From Candidatus Helarchaeota archaeon (GTDB lineage Archaea > Asgardarchaeota > Lokiarchaeia > Helarchaeales > RDOG01), in NCBI GenBank assembly GCA_029838215.1, contig JALGVI010000008.1, forward strand, positions 1 through 61,870: a stretch of 61,870 nt of DNA. Direction: 5' to 3'. The first letter of the stretch is position 1, and the number at the start of each line of letters is the position of its first letter. The notes below the pieces were generated by a model. The model was not told the origin of the DNA, made no database searches, and saw only the letters and a program-made list of their open reading frames with translations. Shown piece by piece: positions 19,541 through 28,028 of the stretch. The position numbers were made by a program, and so were the translations under genes.

Positions 19541-20806
19541 GTGTATTCTAAGATTAGTCGAATGGAGACGAAAGAAAAAATGAGAGACGTTGCGATCATT
19601 GGAGTTGGACATACAAAATTTGGTGTATTAAAAGAGAAAAACATTTTGGATTTGGCTTGCGAATCTTCATTACAAGCCATTGAGAATTCTGGGTGTTCAA
19701 ATAAGAAATTTGATGCTGTATATGTTGGAAACATGTGTGCGGAGTCCCTAAATCACTTTACGGGACTTGCAAGTGCGCTCGTGGACCGAATTAATTTAAT
19801 TCCTGCGGCTGCAGATCAAATAAAAAATGGTCCCGCTAGTGGTGGTTCCGCCATCAAAGCAGGGTTCCAAGCGATTAAAGCAGGGACATGTGATTTGGTT
19901 TTGGTGACTGGTGTTGAAAAAATGACACACGTAAAAGAACGCGGTCGTGTGACTTCAACTGTTGCCACCATCACGCATCATGCTGGTGAGCGCTTGCACG
20001 GTGTTTCCTTGCCTGCAATGGCAGGAATGCTCACGCGTTATTATCTTCATGAGTATAATGCTACAATGAAATATCTGGATGATATTGCGATTAAAAATCA
20101 TCGAAATGGTGTTCATAATCCTAATGCACACTTTCAACGTGAAATATCCGAATTCATGAAAAGAGCAGAACAAAAAGGAAAGGGGTCTTGGAGTGATGAA
20201 TACGAATTTCTTCATGATGACAAAGTCAATCCCATAATCGCCGATCCATTAAGATTGTTTCACGTTTGTCCTGTTTCAGATGGTGCAGCATCTGTTATTT
20301 TATGTGAAGGCGCGCTTGCGAAGAAAATGACCGATAAACCCATTTACATCCGTGGTGTTGGACAGGCAACCGACACGCATCTCGTCACTGAGCGTAAAAC
20401 GCTTCGTGAACTCGAGGCAGTTCGGTGGGCTTGTAATCAGGCCTATAAGATGGCAGGCAAGTCTTCAAAAGATATTGACGTTGGAGAGCTTCATGATGCC
20501 TTTGAAATTCTCGAAATAATGCAAAGCGAAGCGGCAGGATTCTTTCCACTGGGTGAAGGGGGAAAAGCAGCCGAAGCAGGTAAAACAACCATAGACGGTG
20601 AAATTCCAATCAATCCTTCAGGAGGGTTAAAAGCAAGAGGTCACCCATTAGGAGCAACAGGTGTAGCACAAGTCGTCGAATTATATTGGCAGCTACGAGA
20701 AGAAGCCGGAAAAAGACAGGTATCTAATCCGAAAGTAGGAATCACCGTGAATTTTGGAGGATTTGGAAATAATATCGTTTCGATAATTGTTGAGCGAGGT
20801 TTTTAA
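19541..20806 (+). CDS. Thiolase-superfamily protein (archaeal/SCP2 type)
   Basis: VAIIGVGHTKFG, PVSDGAA, ELHDAF, GGLKARGHPLGATG; nucleophile loop reads NGPASGG (no Cys). Probable start ATG 19580. Confidence 0.9.
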   Translation: MYSKISRMETKEKMRDVAIIGVGHTKFGVLKEKNILDLACESSLQAIENSGCSNKKFDAVYVGNMCAESLNHFTGLASALVDRINLIPAAADQIKNGPASGGSAIKAGFQAIKAGTCDLVLVTGVEKMTHVKERGRVTSTVATITHHAGERLHGVSLPAMAGMLTRYYLHEYNATMKYLDDIAIKNHRNGVHNPNAHFQREISEFMKRAEQKGKGSWSDEYEFLHDDKVNPIIADPLRLFHVCPVSDGAASVILCEGALAKKMTDKPIYIRGVGQATDTHLVTERKTLRELEAVRWACNQAYKMAGKSSKDIDVGELHDAFEILEIMQSEAAGFFPLGEGGKAAEAGKTTIDGEIPINPSGGLKARGHPLGATGVAQVVELYWQLREEAGKRQVSNPKVGITVNFGGFGNNIVSIIVERGF

Positions 20807-20808
20807 AC

Positions 20809-21159
20809 ATGACCGAGGAAAAAGTAACGTGGAAAACATGTCAAAAGTGCGGATATCTTCAGCACCTCGACCATCATCGTTGTTTAAATTGCAATAACGC
20901 CGACTTTAAGGAAATAGACGGGCAAGGACCTTTGGAATTAATAACTTATACGATTCTACGCGCTCCCCCAAAAGAATTCGTGGGGCAAGAACCCTATGCA
21001 TTGGGCATTGCGAAATTTGAAAACGGCATTAAAATCCTGGGACAGCTTACAACGAAAGAAAACCTTAGCATTGGGATGCAATTGAAACTCGTGGCATCAA
21101 AATTGTGTGATAATCTCAACGGACAACCCGTTAACGGATATAAATTAGCTCCCCTTTAA
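20809..21159 (+). CDS. DUF35 Zn-ribbon/OB-fold protein
   Basis: CQKCG...CLNC rubredoxin-like ribbon followed by OB-fold (PYALGIAKFENGIKILGQL); directly follows the thiolase gene. Confidence 0.85.
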   Translation: MTEEKVTWKTCQKCGYLQHLDHHRCLNCNNADFKEIDGQGPLELITYTILRAPPKEFVGQEPYALGIAKFENGIKILGQLTTKENLSIGMQLKLVASKLCDNLNGQPVNGYKLAPL

Positions 21160-21181
21160 TTTTTATAAAAAAAAGAGAGAA

Positions 21182-21991
21182 TTAATCTCGTTTGTAGCCA
21201 TACCAACACAAGATAAGCCCAATGATGATAATCAATGGCAAGAGTGGTTCAAAAAGCCACATGCTGAAATTCATCCAGGCTTCATGTCGGATGATGCTCG
21301 TCACCGGATCGCTTCCGGGAAAGAGACCTGTTGGAATCGTTCCAATCGGAACGCCGAGGAAGACATTCAAGAGACTCCAGACGAAATCCATTGCACGAGT
21401 TAAAATATGGATGTTTAAAGCCTCGCCTCCAAATATACTAACATATCCAAAAAATGTTAGAATTGCCTTTCTTCGGATATCTCCTTCTGATTTCATTCCA
21501 ATATACAGGTATAGAAGTGGTACAACTGCGACAGTCAGCGCGATCAAATATTGTGGAAGTTCAATTATGAATGATCCCGTAACGAGAACGAGTATTGCCA
21601 GCGAAAATGGGACTATTGAAATAAGACCCTTGGTCTTAAGGATGGAATAACGTTCAACTCCAACGCTGAGAAATCCCAGTCCTATAAAACCGAGAAAATA
21701 TATGAAAGATTCTCCATTAAATCTAAGAAGAATGCCCAAAAATGGAATTGATACATGATAACCAAGAGTATACCACGAACTTATTCCATAATCCGCCCAA
21801 AGCATCCACACTACTTCAAGTATTGACCCAAGACTCATGCAAAGAAAAAAAGCGCCTGCAAACCATCCGATTGTTTCGTCATCAACTTTTGCTCTCCTGA
21901 AGAATAGGATTACGAAGAAGATGTAAAAACCAAACTTAATGAGCTTTAGGACAATAGTCAAGTCATTGAATATTAGTGGTAGTATCGACAT
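21182..21991 (-). CDS. Polytopic (~7 TM) membrane protein
   Basis: Seven hydrophobic segments; YIGMKSEGDIRRKA motif shared with 29557..30255. Confidence 0.65.
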   Translation of the reverse strand: MSILPLIFNDLTIVLKLIKFGFYIFFVILFFRRAKVDDETIGWFAGAFFLCMSLGSILEVVWMLWADYGISSWYTLGYHVSIPFLGILLRFNGESFIYFLGFIGLGFLSVGVERYSILKTKGLISIVPFSLAILVLVTGSFIIELPQYLIALTVAVVPLLYLYIGMKSEGDIRRKAILTFFGYVSIFGGEALNIHILTRAMDFVWSLLNVFLGVPIGTIPTGLFPGSDPVTSIIRHEAWMNFSMWLFEPLLPLIIIIGLILCWYGYKRD

Positions 21992-22431
21992 GCTCTACTC
22001 ACCTATTTTTTCACCGCATGGCTTTGTTTCTTCTAACCAATGCGATCTTTTTTCAGAATTTATACCATCTGTAATGGTCTTTTTGTGAAGAGTTCTTTTC
22101 ATCAAATATAAAAATATATTGCTAATTGAAAGATTAAAGTCAAAAAGCTAATTCATTTATAAAGTTCTGACACGAAATAGGAAAGAGAATTTAAAACAAG
22201 TAATTTAAAATTCGAGTTCAAGCTATAAATTCAAGAAATTTATGATGAACTTTTACGACAAACCAAATTTAAACGTTGAATTATTGATTTTTGAGCATCC
22301 CCTGCAAAACTTTTTAATATCCTATTACTGGCTCATCAGGATGTAACAGACGTAGAAATTTTTATGATGTCCATATCGAACAAACAAATTCTTTAAATTA
22401 AATGACGTTATACAGATCAATGTTTCATGTT

Positions 22432-22576
22432 GAACGAACCTTCTTACGGGGAGACCCGAGAAGGAAAGAGTTCCACTTCACGGTCATGAGAATGACACCT
22501 CTCGAGGCATGCGGTTTCGCCTCTGGATTCGTAGAACAACGGACAAGCTTTTAAGGAAGAATGTCGATGTTTGTCC
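22432..22576 (+). ncRNA. Candidate structured RNA (5' leader or sRNA)
   Basis: Four stem-loops, two with GAGA (GNRA) tetraloops, and a kink-turn-like internal loop; TATA-like TTTAAATT at ~22392. Confidence 0.35.
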
Positions 22577-22666
22577 ATAAAAAAGAAATTGTTTCAAGCA
22601 AACGTGTAACTTGTAGCCATGAAAGAAAGGGAATATAGATTTCAATGAATGGAAGTATGATGCGCA

Positions 22667-23185
22667 ATGACGATCATATTTAAGACCGTTATCGCCGGTG
22701 AAGGCGGTGTTGGAAAAACAGCATTGACGATCCGTTTTACAAAAGGCGTATTTATTGAAGGAACAAAAATGACCATTGGCGTGGACTTTTCTGCCGTAAA
22801 AGTAACGCTGGGAGACGAATCCGTAACCTTGCAGCTTTGGGACTTTGGTGGTGAATCACGATTTCGATTTATTTTACCTGGTTATTGTAAAGGGGCAAGT
22901 GGAGCACTATTAGTTTTTGACTTGACTCAAGAATACACTTTTAAATCTCTTCCCGAATGGCTTGAATTAATTCGCACCAATACACCGCCGGAAACTCCAA
23001 TCGTGCTAGTGGGAACTAAGATGGACCTTCCAAATCGAGTCATCACACGGGAAATGGCTGAAGCATTCAAGGATGAAAAAGGTTTAGCCGGATATATTGA
23101 ATGTTCATCAAAAACTGGAACAAATGTCGGTCATGTCTTTGGTCTAATGACACAGGCAATGTTAAAAGCAAGTCGAGGTAGTTAA
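22667..23185 (+). CDS. Rab-like small GTPase (Ras superfamily)
   Basis: G1 GEGGVGKT, TIGVDF, G3 WDFGGE, G4 GTKMD, G5 ECSSK; no C-terminal Cys prenylation motif. Confidence 0.9.
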   Translation: MTIIFKTVIAGEGGVGKTALTIRFTKGVFIEGTKMTIGVDFSAVKVTLGDESVTLQLWDFGGESRFRFILPGYCKGASGALLVFDLTQEYTFKSLPEWLELIRTNTPPETPIVLVGTKMDLPNRVITREMAEAFKDEKGLAGYIECSSKTGTNVGHVFGLMTQAMLKASRGS

Positions 23186-23197
23186 TTTAAAATTCGA

Positions 23198-24013
23198 TCA
23201 GGAACGAACGAGAATATTATTTTTTTTAAGATATTTTTTAACGTCTTCACAAGTATACTCTCCATAATGGAAGATACTTGCAGCAAGGGCGGCACTCACG
23301 CTTGTTTCTTTAAAAACTTCAAGGAAATGTTCAAGATTACCCACGCCTCCCGAGGCGATAACCGGAATTCTCACGCTTTCTGAAACGGCACGATTAAGCG
23401 GTATGTCAAATCCGATTTTTGTTCCATCACGATCCATTGATGTCAATAGTATTTCTCCAGCACCCAATTCTTCGACTTGTTTTGCCCATTTTAAAGCATC
23501 TTTGCCCGTTCCTTTTCGTCCACCGTATATGTAAACTTCCCACCAACAAAGACCGTCAGGAGTTTCAATTATTATCTTGTCTTTTGGGACATCATCGGGA
23601 GTGACGTAAACTCGTTTCGCATCGATCGCAACCACGATGCATTGTCTCCCAAAAATTTCTGACGATTCTTTGATCAGGGCGTGATTTTTTACTGCCGCAG
23701 TATTTATCGCTATTTTATCGGCTCCAGCAAGGAGAATGGTCCGGACGTCTTCTACGGTTCGAATTCCGCCACCGACTGTAAAAGGGATAAACACTTGTTC
23801 TGCCGTACGATGAACGACATCGAGCAAAATATCTCTTTTATCGGAAGAAGCCGTTATATCTAAAAAAGTAAGTTCGTCTGCACCCTGCTTGTCGTATTGT
23901 GCTGCCAACTCTGGCGGATCGCCTGCTTCCCGGATATTCACGAATTTAATGCCCTTTACGACCTTGCCTTCCGTCATGTCTAAACAGGGGATGATGCGTC
24001 TTGCCAATGGCAT
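23198..24013 (-). CDS. hisF: Imidazole glycerol phosphate synthase cyclase subunit
   Basis: [55 protein letters not shown]. Confidence 0.95.
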   Translation of the reverse strand: MPLARRIIPCLDMTEGKVVKGIKFVNIREAGDPPELAAQYDKQGADELTFLDITASSDKRDILLDVVHRTAEQVFIPFTVGGGIRTVEDVRTILLAGADKIAINTAAVKNHALIKESSEIFGRQCIVVAIDAKRVYVTPDDVPKDKIIIETPDGLCWWEVYIYGGRKGTGKDALKWAKQVEELGAGEILLTSMDRDGTKIGFDIPLNRAVSESVRIPVIASGGVGNLEHFLEVFKETSVSAALAASIFHYGEYTCEDVKKYLKKNNILVRS

Positions 24014-24150
24014 GATAATAACTCCAAGATTTTTCTAAAAATCGGTTCGAAACCTGATGACTTCTTAAATTTCTAAACCAAAAATTCCATTAAAGAATTC
24101 TTCATGATGGAAATGATAAAATTTTTATTAAATATATCTAATGGATTTCG

Positions 24151-24573
24151 GTGATTGAACTGTCTGAGCGTAAAATTTTCGATGAAAAAAGAATTTCAGA
24201 AATTGTTGAAATGTTGGATTTTACAAAAGCTAATGGATTGATTACTGTTGTTACTCAGGATTACAAGACCAATGAAATCCTAATGGTCGCTTATGCAAAC
24301 GAAGAAGCCGTTCATGAAACTCTCGCAACAGGAAAAGCGCATTATTGGAGTCGAAGTCGGAAGACTCTATGGGAAAAAGGAGGTCATTCAGGTCATTTCC
24401 AATACATCAAGGAAATTTTCGTTGATTGTGATGCTGACTGCCTAATTTATAAAGTCGAGCAGGTAAAGGCCGCTTGCCATACCGGATATTATAGTTGTTT
24501 TTATCGAAAAATCGAAAAAGACGGTATTACAATTATCGGAAAGCAAATTTTTGATCCCAAATCGGTTTATTAA
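24151..24573 (+). CDS. hisI: Phosphoribosyl-AMP cyclohydrolase
   Basis: ILMVAYAN, HYWSRSRKTLWEKGGHSG, DCDADC, ACHTGYYSCF. Confidence 0.92.
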   Translation: MIELSERKIFDEKRISEIVEMLDFTKANGLITVVTQDYKTNEILMVAYANEEAVHETLATGKAHYWSRSRKTLWEKGGHSGHFQYIKEIFVDCDADCLIYKVEQVKAACHTGYYSCFYRKIEKDGITIIGKQIFDPKSVY

Positions 24574-24613
24574 CTAGTTAGTTTCCGTGTGAATAAAAAA
24601 AATTGAAAAAAAG

Positions 24614-25159
24614 TTATTTCTTGTATGTACTTTTCTTTTTTATCCGCAATTTCTTCCAGAACGCCGTTTCTAAAACGCTTCTCAAGAAATTAATACATAC
24701 TGCAACCAGTAGTAGCGTCCCATACCAAAAGAACGTTCCATATCCGAATAAAAAGAATGCCCCTACTGCATATCGAACATTTATTCCGAGACCGAGCAAG
24801 TCGTTGAGTTGGAGTGGGATTTCAAGGAATAACAAGAAGAACATTAGCGTGTCAATCAGGACGAAAGAGTATCGAAAGATGCCAATCACGCCTGCATATA
24901 AAGGATATGCCTTATATAATAAATTATAGAGGAACACACAGGTAACCAGACAAACTCCAATGATTAATACGAACAATTTATATGAAGGATTGAAATTTCC
25001 TATATTAAATCCTTCAATTACTGCTGTAGAACTGAGTGGAAGGATTAACGTTGAGAAAAGTGTTATCCCTGAATATAAAATGGCTTCACCGACTGCTTTT
25101 CCCCCTATCTTGTATATTTCATCTTGAACTTCAACTATTTCTTCATCCATCTTCGGCAT
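24614..25159 (-). CDS. Hypothetical membrane protein (~4 TM)
   Basis: 181 aa, four hydrophobic segments. Confidence 0.55.
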   Translation of the reverse strand: MPKMDEEIVEVQDEIYKIGGKAVGEAILYSGITLFSTLILPLSSTAVIEGFNIGNFNPSYKLFVLIIGVCLVTCVFLYNLLYKAYPLYAGVIGIFRYSFVLIDTLMFFLLFLEIPLQLNDLLGLGINVRYAVGAFFLFGYGTFFWYGTLLLVAVCINFLRSVLETAFWKKLRIKKKSTYKK

Positions 25160-25174
25160 TTTATCGCATCCTCC

Positions 25175-25675
25175 TTAAGGCGTTGGAATGTCAAATCCTC
25201 CTGTCGCATAGATACCAAACCAATTAAAATAAGGACCAATAGATACATAACCCGTAAAATAGAACTGCGCACTCAAGTTATGATAGGCGAAAGGTATGGC
25301 TGAGATACTTATATTTACTACTACGAAGTTATTAACGCTAAACGGAAGTATTAAAACTGGTGTGCTATAAACATCTATATACGTGTAACCATTTTCAGAA
25401 ACCCACGTATCATTCGCAAGGTCATCAATTGTTCCATTTTGGATTCTTACCGTTACCATTGAATTTACCGTAAAAGGTGCTGCTGGATAGCTAATCGGAC
25501 CGACCGTTACGACATAGTCCGGATGACTGCCCGTAAATGCGGGTGTAAAAATTGACGAATTTGTAGAAATAGCGATAACACTCCATGTCATGAATACACC
25601 AAGAACAGAACATACCAAATTGACAATGATTGCAGAATATTTTACTGCCTTTACCAATTTTTTTTGCCAGACCAC
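25175..25675 (-). CDS. Hypothetical membrane-anchored beta-rich protein
   Basis: N-terminal TM, then T/S/N/V-rich extracellular-like domain. Confidence 0.5.
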   Translation of the reverse strand: MVWQKKLVKAVKYSAIIVNLVCSVLGVFMTWSVIAISTNSSIFTPAFTGSHPDYVVTVGPISYPAAPFTVNSMVTVRIQNGTIDDLANDTWVSENGYTYIDVYSTPVLILPFSVNNFVVVNISISAIPFAYHNLSAQFYFTGYVSIGPYFNWFGIYATGGFDIPTP

Positions 25676-25768
25676 ATTATCACCACGTTGTTTTTTTCAT
25701 GGATAATTTTGATTTCTGATGGTAAAAAAATATGAAAATTATGCGGTTTAAAGCTTTTTAAAAATAAA

Positions 25769-25948
25769 TCACGAAGCTCTTATTAATTCTCTAGGACGTC
25801 CTTTTCCTGCTTTTACCTGTGATATGTGAATTTTATTTTCCTCTTGAAGCTTTTTAAGAAGAGTATTTAGGCTTTTTCCTGAAAGTCCCGCATTTTTACT
25901 CAATTCCTTTTTAGAGAGTGTGCCATTTGACTTTAATCGTCTATCCAT
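25769..25948 (-). CDS. Small winged-helix DNA-binding protein (59 aa)
   Basis: Not in track. MDRRLKSNGTLSKKELSKNAGLSGKSLNTLLKKLQEENKIHISQVKAGKGRPRELIRAS; classic wHTH with GRP wing. Confidence 0.55.
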   Translation of the reverse strand: MDRRLKSNGTLSKKELSKNAGLSGKSLNTLLKKLQEENKIHISQVKAGKGRPRELIRAS

Positions 25949-26037
25949 TAATCGTTCCTGGGGCCGTGCTTTGCGGATTTGTCATCTATAAGATTTTCGG
26001 GCAAGAATGATTTCATTCTTTTTTTTTAATTAAAAGA

Positions 26038-26151
26038 TTATTGGATGTAATCGACTTCGAATGGTGTTTTTGGAAGAACCTCTGCTCCTTTATTTGTGAC
26101 GAGTGTTGGCGACTCCAATCTCAATCCTCCAAGCCCGGGTCTATTAAACAT
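26038..26151 (-). pseudogene. C-terminal remnant of an M24 (Xaa-Pro) aminopeptidase
   Basis: PGLGGLRLESPTLVTNKGAEVLPKTPFEV resembles the M24 C-terminal GG.R.E...LVT..G.E.L motif; no upstream catalytic domain. Confidence 0.5.
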
Positions 26152-26251
26152 TATTAATTTTTAGAGTTTTCAAAATCGGACTTTTTTTACTTTCACGGAC
26201 CTCTCTCGGTTCCATTAGTTTTTTCCCTCTCTCTTTCCTCGTTTAAATACC

Positions 26252-27049
26252 TTGTTCACGTTTTACTTCGTAGAAGACAGCGGTGATGATGTCAAGATGA
26301 CTCGAGACGATTCAATGTTAATAACGCATCCCGCATCTCACGAGTATCAGCGAAGGCGAAGGAATGCCCGTTTACCCACGGGTACTCCTGAACTGGATGA
26401 GTTACTTGGAGGTGGAGTTTTGCCCGATCGTTTTTACCTCCTTTGGGGTCAGCGCAAGACACTAGCATGCATTCTTCATCAGCTCGTGATTCGAGCATTC
26501 CTACCACCTGAATCGGGGGGCATCGTTCCATCTCCCAAGATCGTGTTCGTGGACGGTGACTTCTCGTTTGATCCGTATTTTATCACGCGACAGGCAATCT
26601 TGCATCGGTTGAACCCCTCTTTAATCCTTGATCGCATTCAGGTTGCTCGGGCGTTTGATTGGCAAAACATGGTGGAACTCGTGAGCGAGCGACTCAAGAA
26701 ACTCGATGCCCGGCTTTACATCATCACGGGATTGACCGTGCATTTTAATCCGGCGGTTCAAAATAGTTACCGTGAGCTTCTAAAGATCGTGGGTGCCTTC
26801 AAATCCGTGCTCCTTGCCAGAAATGCCATTGGCGTGGTGACAACTCGGCAAGATCCTCATTCGTTTTTTAAACCCATGGGAGGAAAAATCCTGTCGCATT
26901 TCGCTACCGTGATGGTACAGGTCATCGTGCGGTCGAAGTTCACGGAATACCGTCTCTTGAAGGGAGGCAAGCCCCACAAGACCTATCAATGGCACGTGCA
27001 GGATCTGCCATTGCAGACATCACTTGATCATTTCTGGAGGAAAGGTTGA
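26252..27049 (+). CDS. RadA/RecA-like protein with degenerate Walker A
   Basis: LPTGTPELDELLGGGV followed by LLWGQRKT instead of GxxGxGKT; VFVDGDFSFDPY, LDRIQVARAF, MGGKILSHFA. Confidence 0.75.
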   Translation: MFTFYFVEDSGDDVKMTRDDSMLITHPASHEYQRRRRNARLPTGTPELDELLGGGVLPDRFYLLWGQRKTLACILHQLVIRAFLPPESGGIVPSPKIVFVDGDFSFDPYFITRQAILHRLNPSLILDRIQVARAFDWQNMVELVSERLKKLDARLYIITGLTVHFNPAVQNSYRELLKIVGAFKSVLLARNAIGVVTTRQDPHSFFKPMGGKILSHFATVMVQVIVRSKFTEYRLLKGGKPHKTYQWHVQDLPLQTSLDHFWRKG

Positions 27050-27294
27050 TGGGACGCACGTTACCGACATTTCGCCGTCTTCTTGAGAATGAGATAGAAA
27101 CGTGGAAGGACTTTCGAAGGGCTCTTCGTCCTGCTGATCAGGAACGATTCGATGAACTGATGAATGCCGCCCGCAAGAGGGCAGATGCAGGTAGCTATGC
27201 AACGCGAATGAGCATCAATGAAATCCTCTTTGCGTGCATCCTTCTCGAACTCAAGGAAGAAATTCAAGAATTAAAAAAGAAAAACAACGGTTAG
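27046..27294 (+). CDS. Small helical protein of archaeal PolB2-associated (arCOG07300-like) type
   Basis: MGRTLPTFRRLLENEIETWKDFRRALRPADQERFDELM; overlaps the stop of the RadA-like gene. Confidence 0.65.
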   Translation: MMGRTLPTFRRLLENEIETWKDFRRALRPADQERFDELMNAARKRADAGSYATRMSINEILFACILLELKEEIQELKKKNNG

Positions 27295-27805
27295 AACAAA
27301 TCTAATCCTTTAAACGCCATTCTCTGAAAACTTATCTTCAATCTCTGTTATGAATCGTTGCAGTGAAGGTGTCAGCGAGAGACCGAGTTTTTTTAGTTTC
27401 ATGTTGAGCTCTTTTCTTTTTTCATCCGACAATTTATTGATCGTGGGTCGTTTATTCGTCTCTCATTCCTCCACGAAGATCCTTGCATAAGGCTCCTACG
27501 GGAATTTTATTTCAACTTCAAGCAGTTAGTGATCGCATCGACTATTTTAAATGGAATAATACATGCAAGGGTAACTAAAGTTTTCGAGAATGGTAACCAA
27601 TATTCAACGAAAACGTTTCCTTCGACTCTCCTTAAAGAGATCATGCTTATATTACTTATATATATCTATGTATCACGACAATTTGAAGTTTAAAAGGAGA
27701 ATTTGATGCAAAATTTTTAGAAGTGAAACAAACGAGGCTTGTGAAAGTCGACATGGTCATCTTTAGATGTCTGAGAAGGAAATATTGAAAAGTGAAAAAC
27801 ATGTG

Positions 27806-27925
27806 TGGTGCCGAGACCGCGACTTGAACGCGGGTCCAGGGGATGCTGCCGCACTGGTTCCATTTCATTAAGCTGGACCTGAGAAACGTCCACAGCCCCT
27901 TAGTCTACCACTAACCTATCTCGGC
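27806..27925 (-). tRNA. tRNA-His(GUG) with 46-nt intron at 37/38 (27844-27889), CCA encoded
   Basis: Acceptor GCCGAGA/TCTCGGC, T-arm CCGCG-TTCAAGT-CGCGG, anticodon stem AGGGG/CCCCT, bulge-helix-bulge (CTGT/GCAG helix, GGA and CAT bulges). Confidence 0.95.
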
Positions 27926-28028
27926 TTGTTTTTCTGGCTTTGTTTTTTCAGATACAAGTTATTCAACACAAAGATATTTTAAAATTTTCTTCTCATTATG
28001 TTTAACAAATGAATTTTGAGGTTTTGCG

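Noticed and set aside
21995-22102. 35-aa uORF in frame with the 7-TM gene, separated by a TAG (possible readthrough)
   Set aside because: The TAG lies within the SD spacer (AGGTGAG TAG AGC ATG) and the peptide has no recognisable features; likely chance.
22432-22660. RNase P RNA or a known riboswitch (TPP, glycine, SAM-I)
   Set aside because: Only fragmentary resemblance (GAAGGAAAGAGTTCC, TGAGA). Conserved cores and P4 geometry do not match, and the region is too AT-rich.
25949-26040. In-frame TGA (25982-25984) upstream of the mini-wHTH as selenocysteine
   Set aside because: No redox or Cys-like context and no SECIS seen.
27295-27800. PolB2 remnant or other ORF after the RadA-like cassette
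   Set aside because: Only short frames, with no polymerase motifs.
27656-27868. Track ORF of 70 aa
   Set aside because: Overlaps the tRNA-His gene; shadow ORF.
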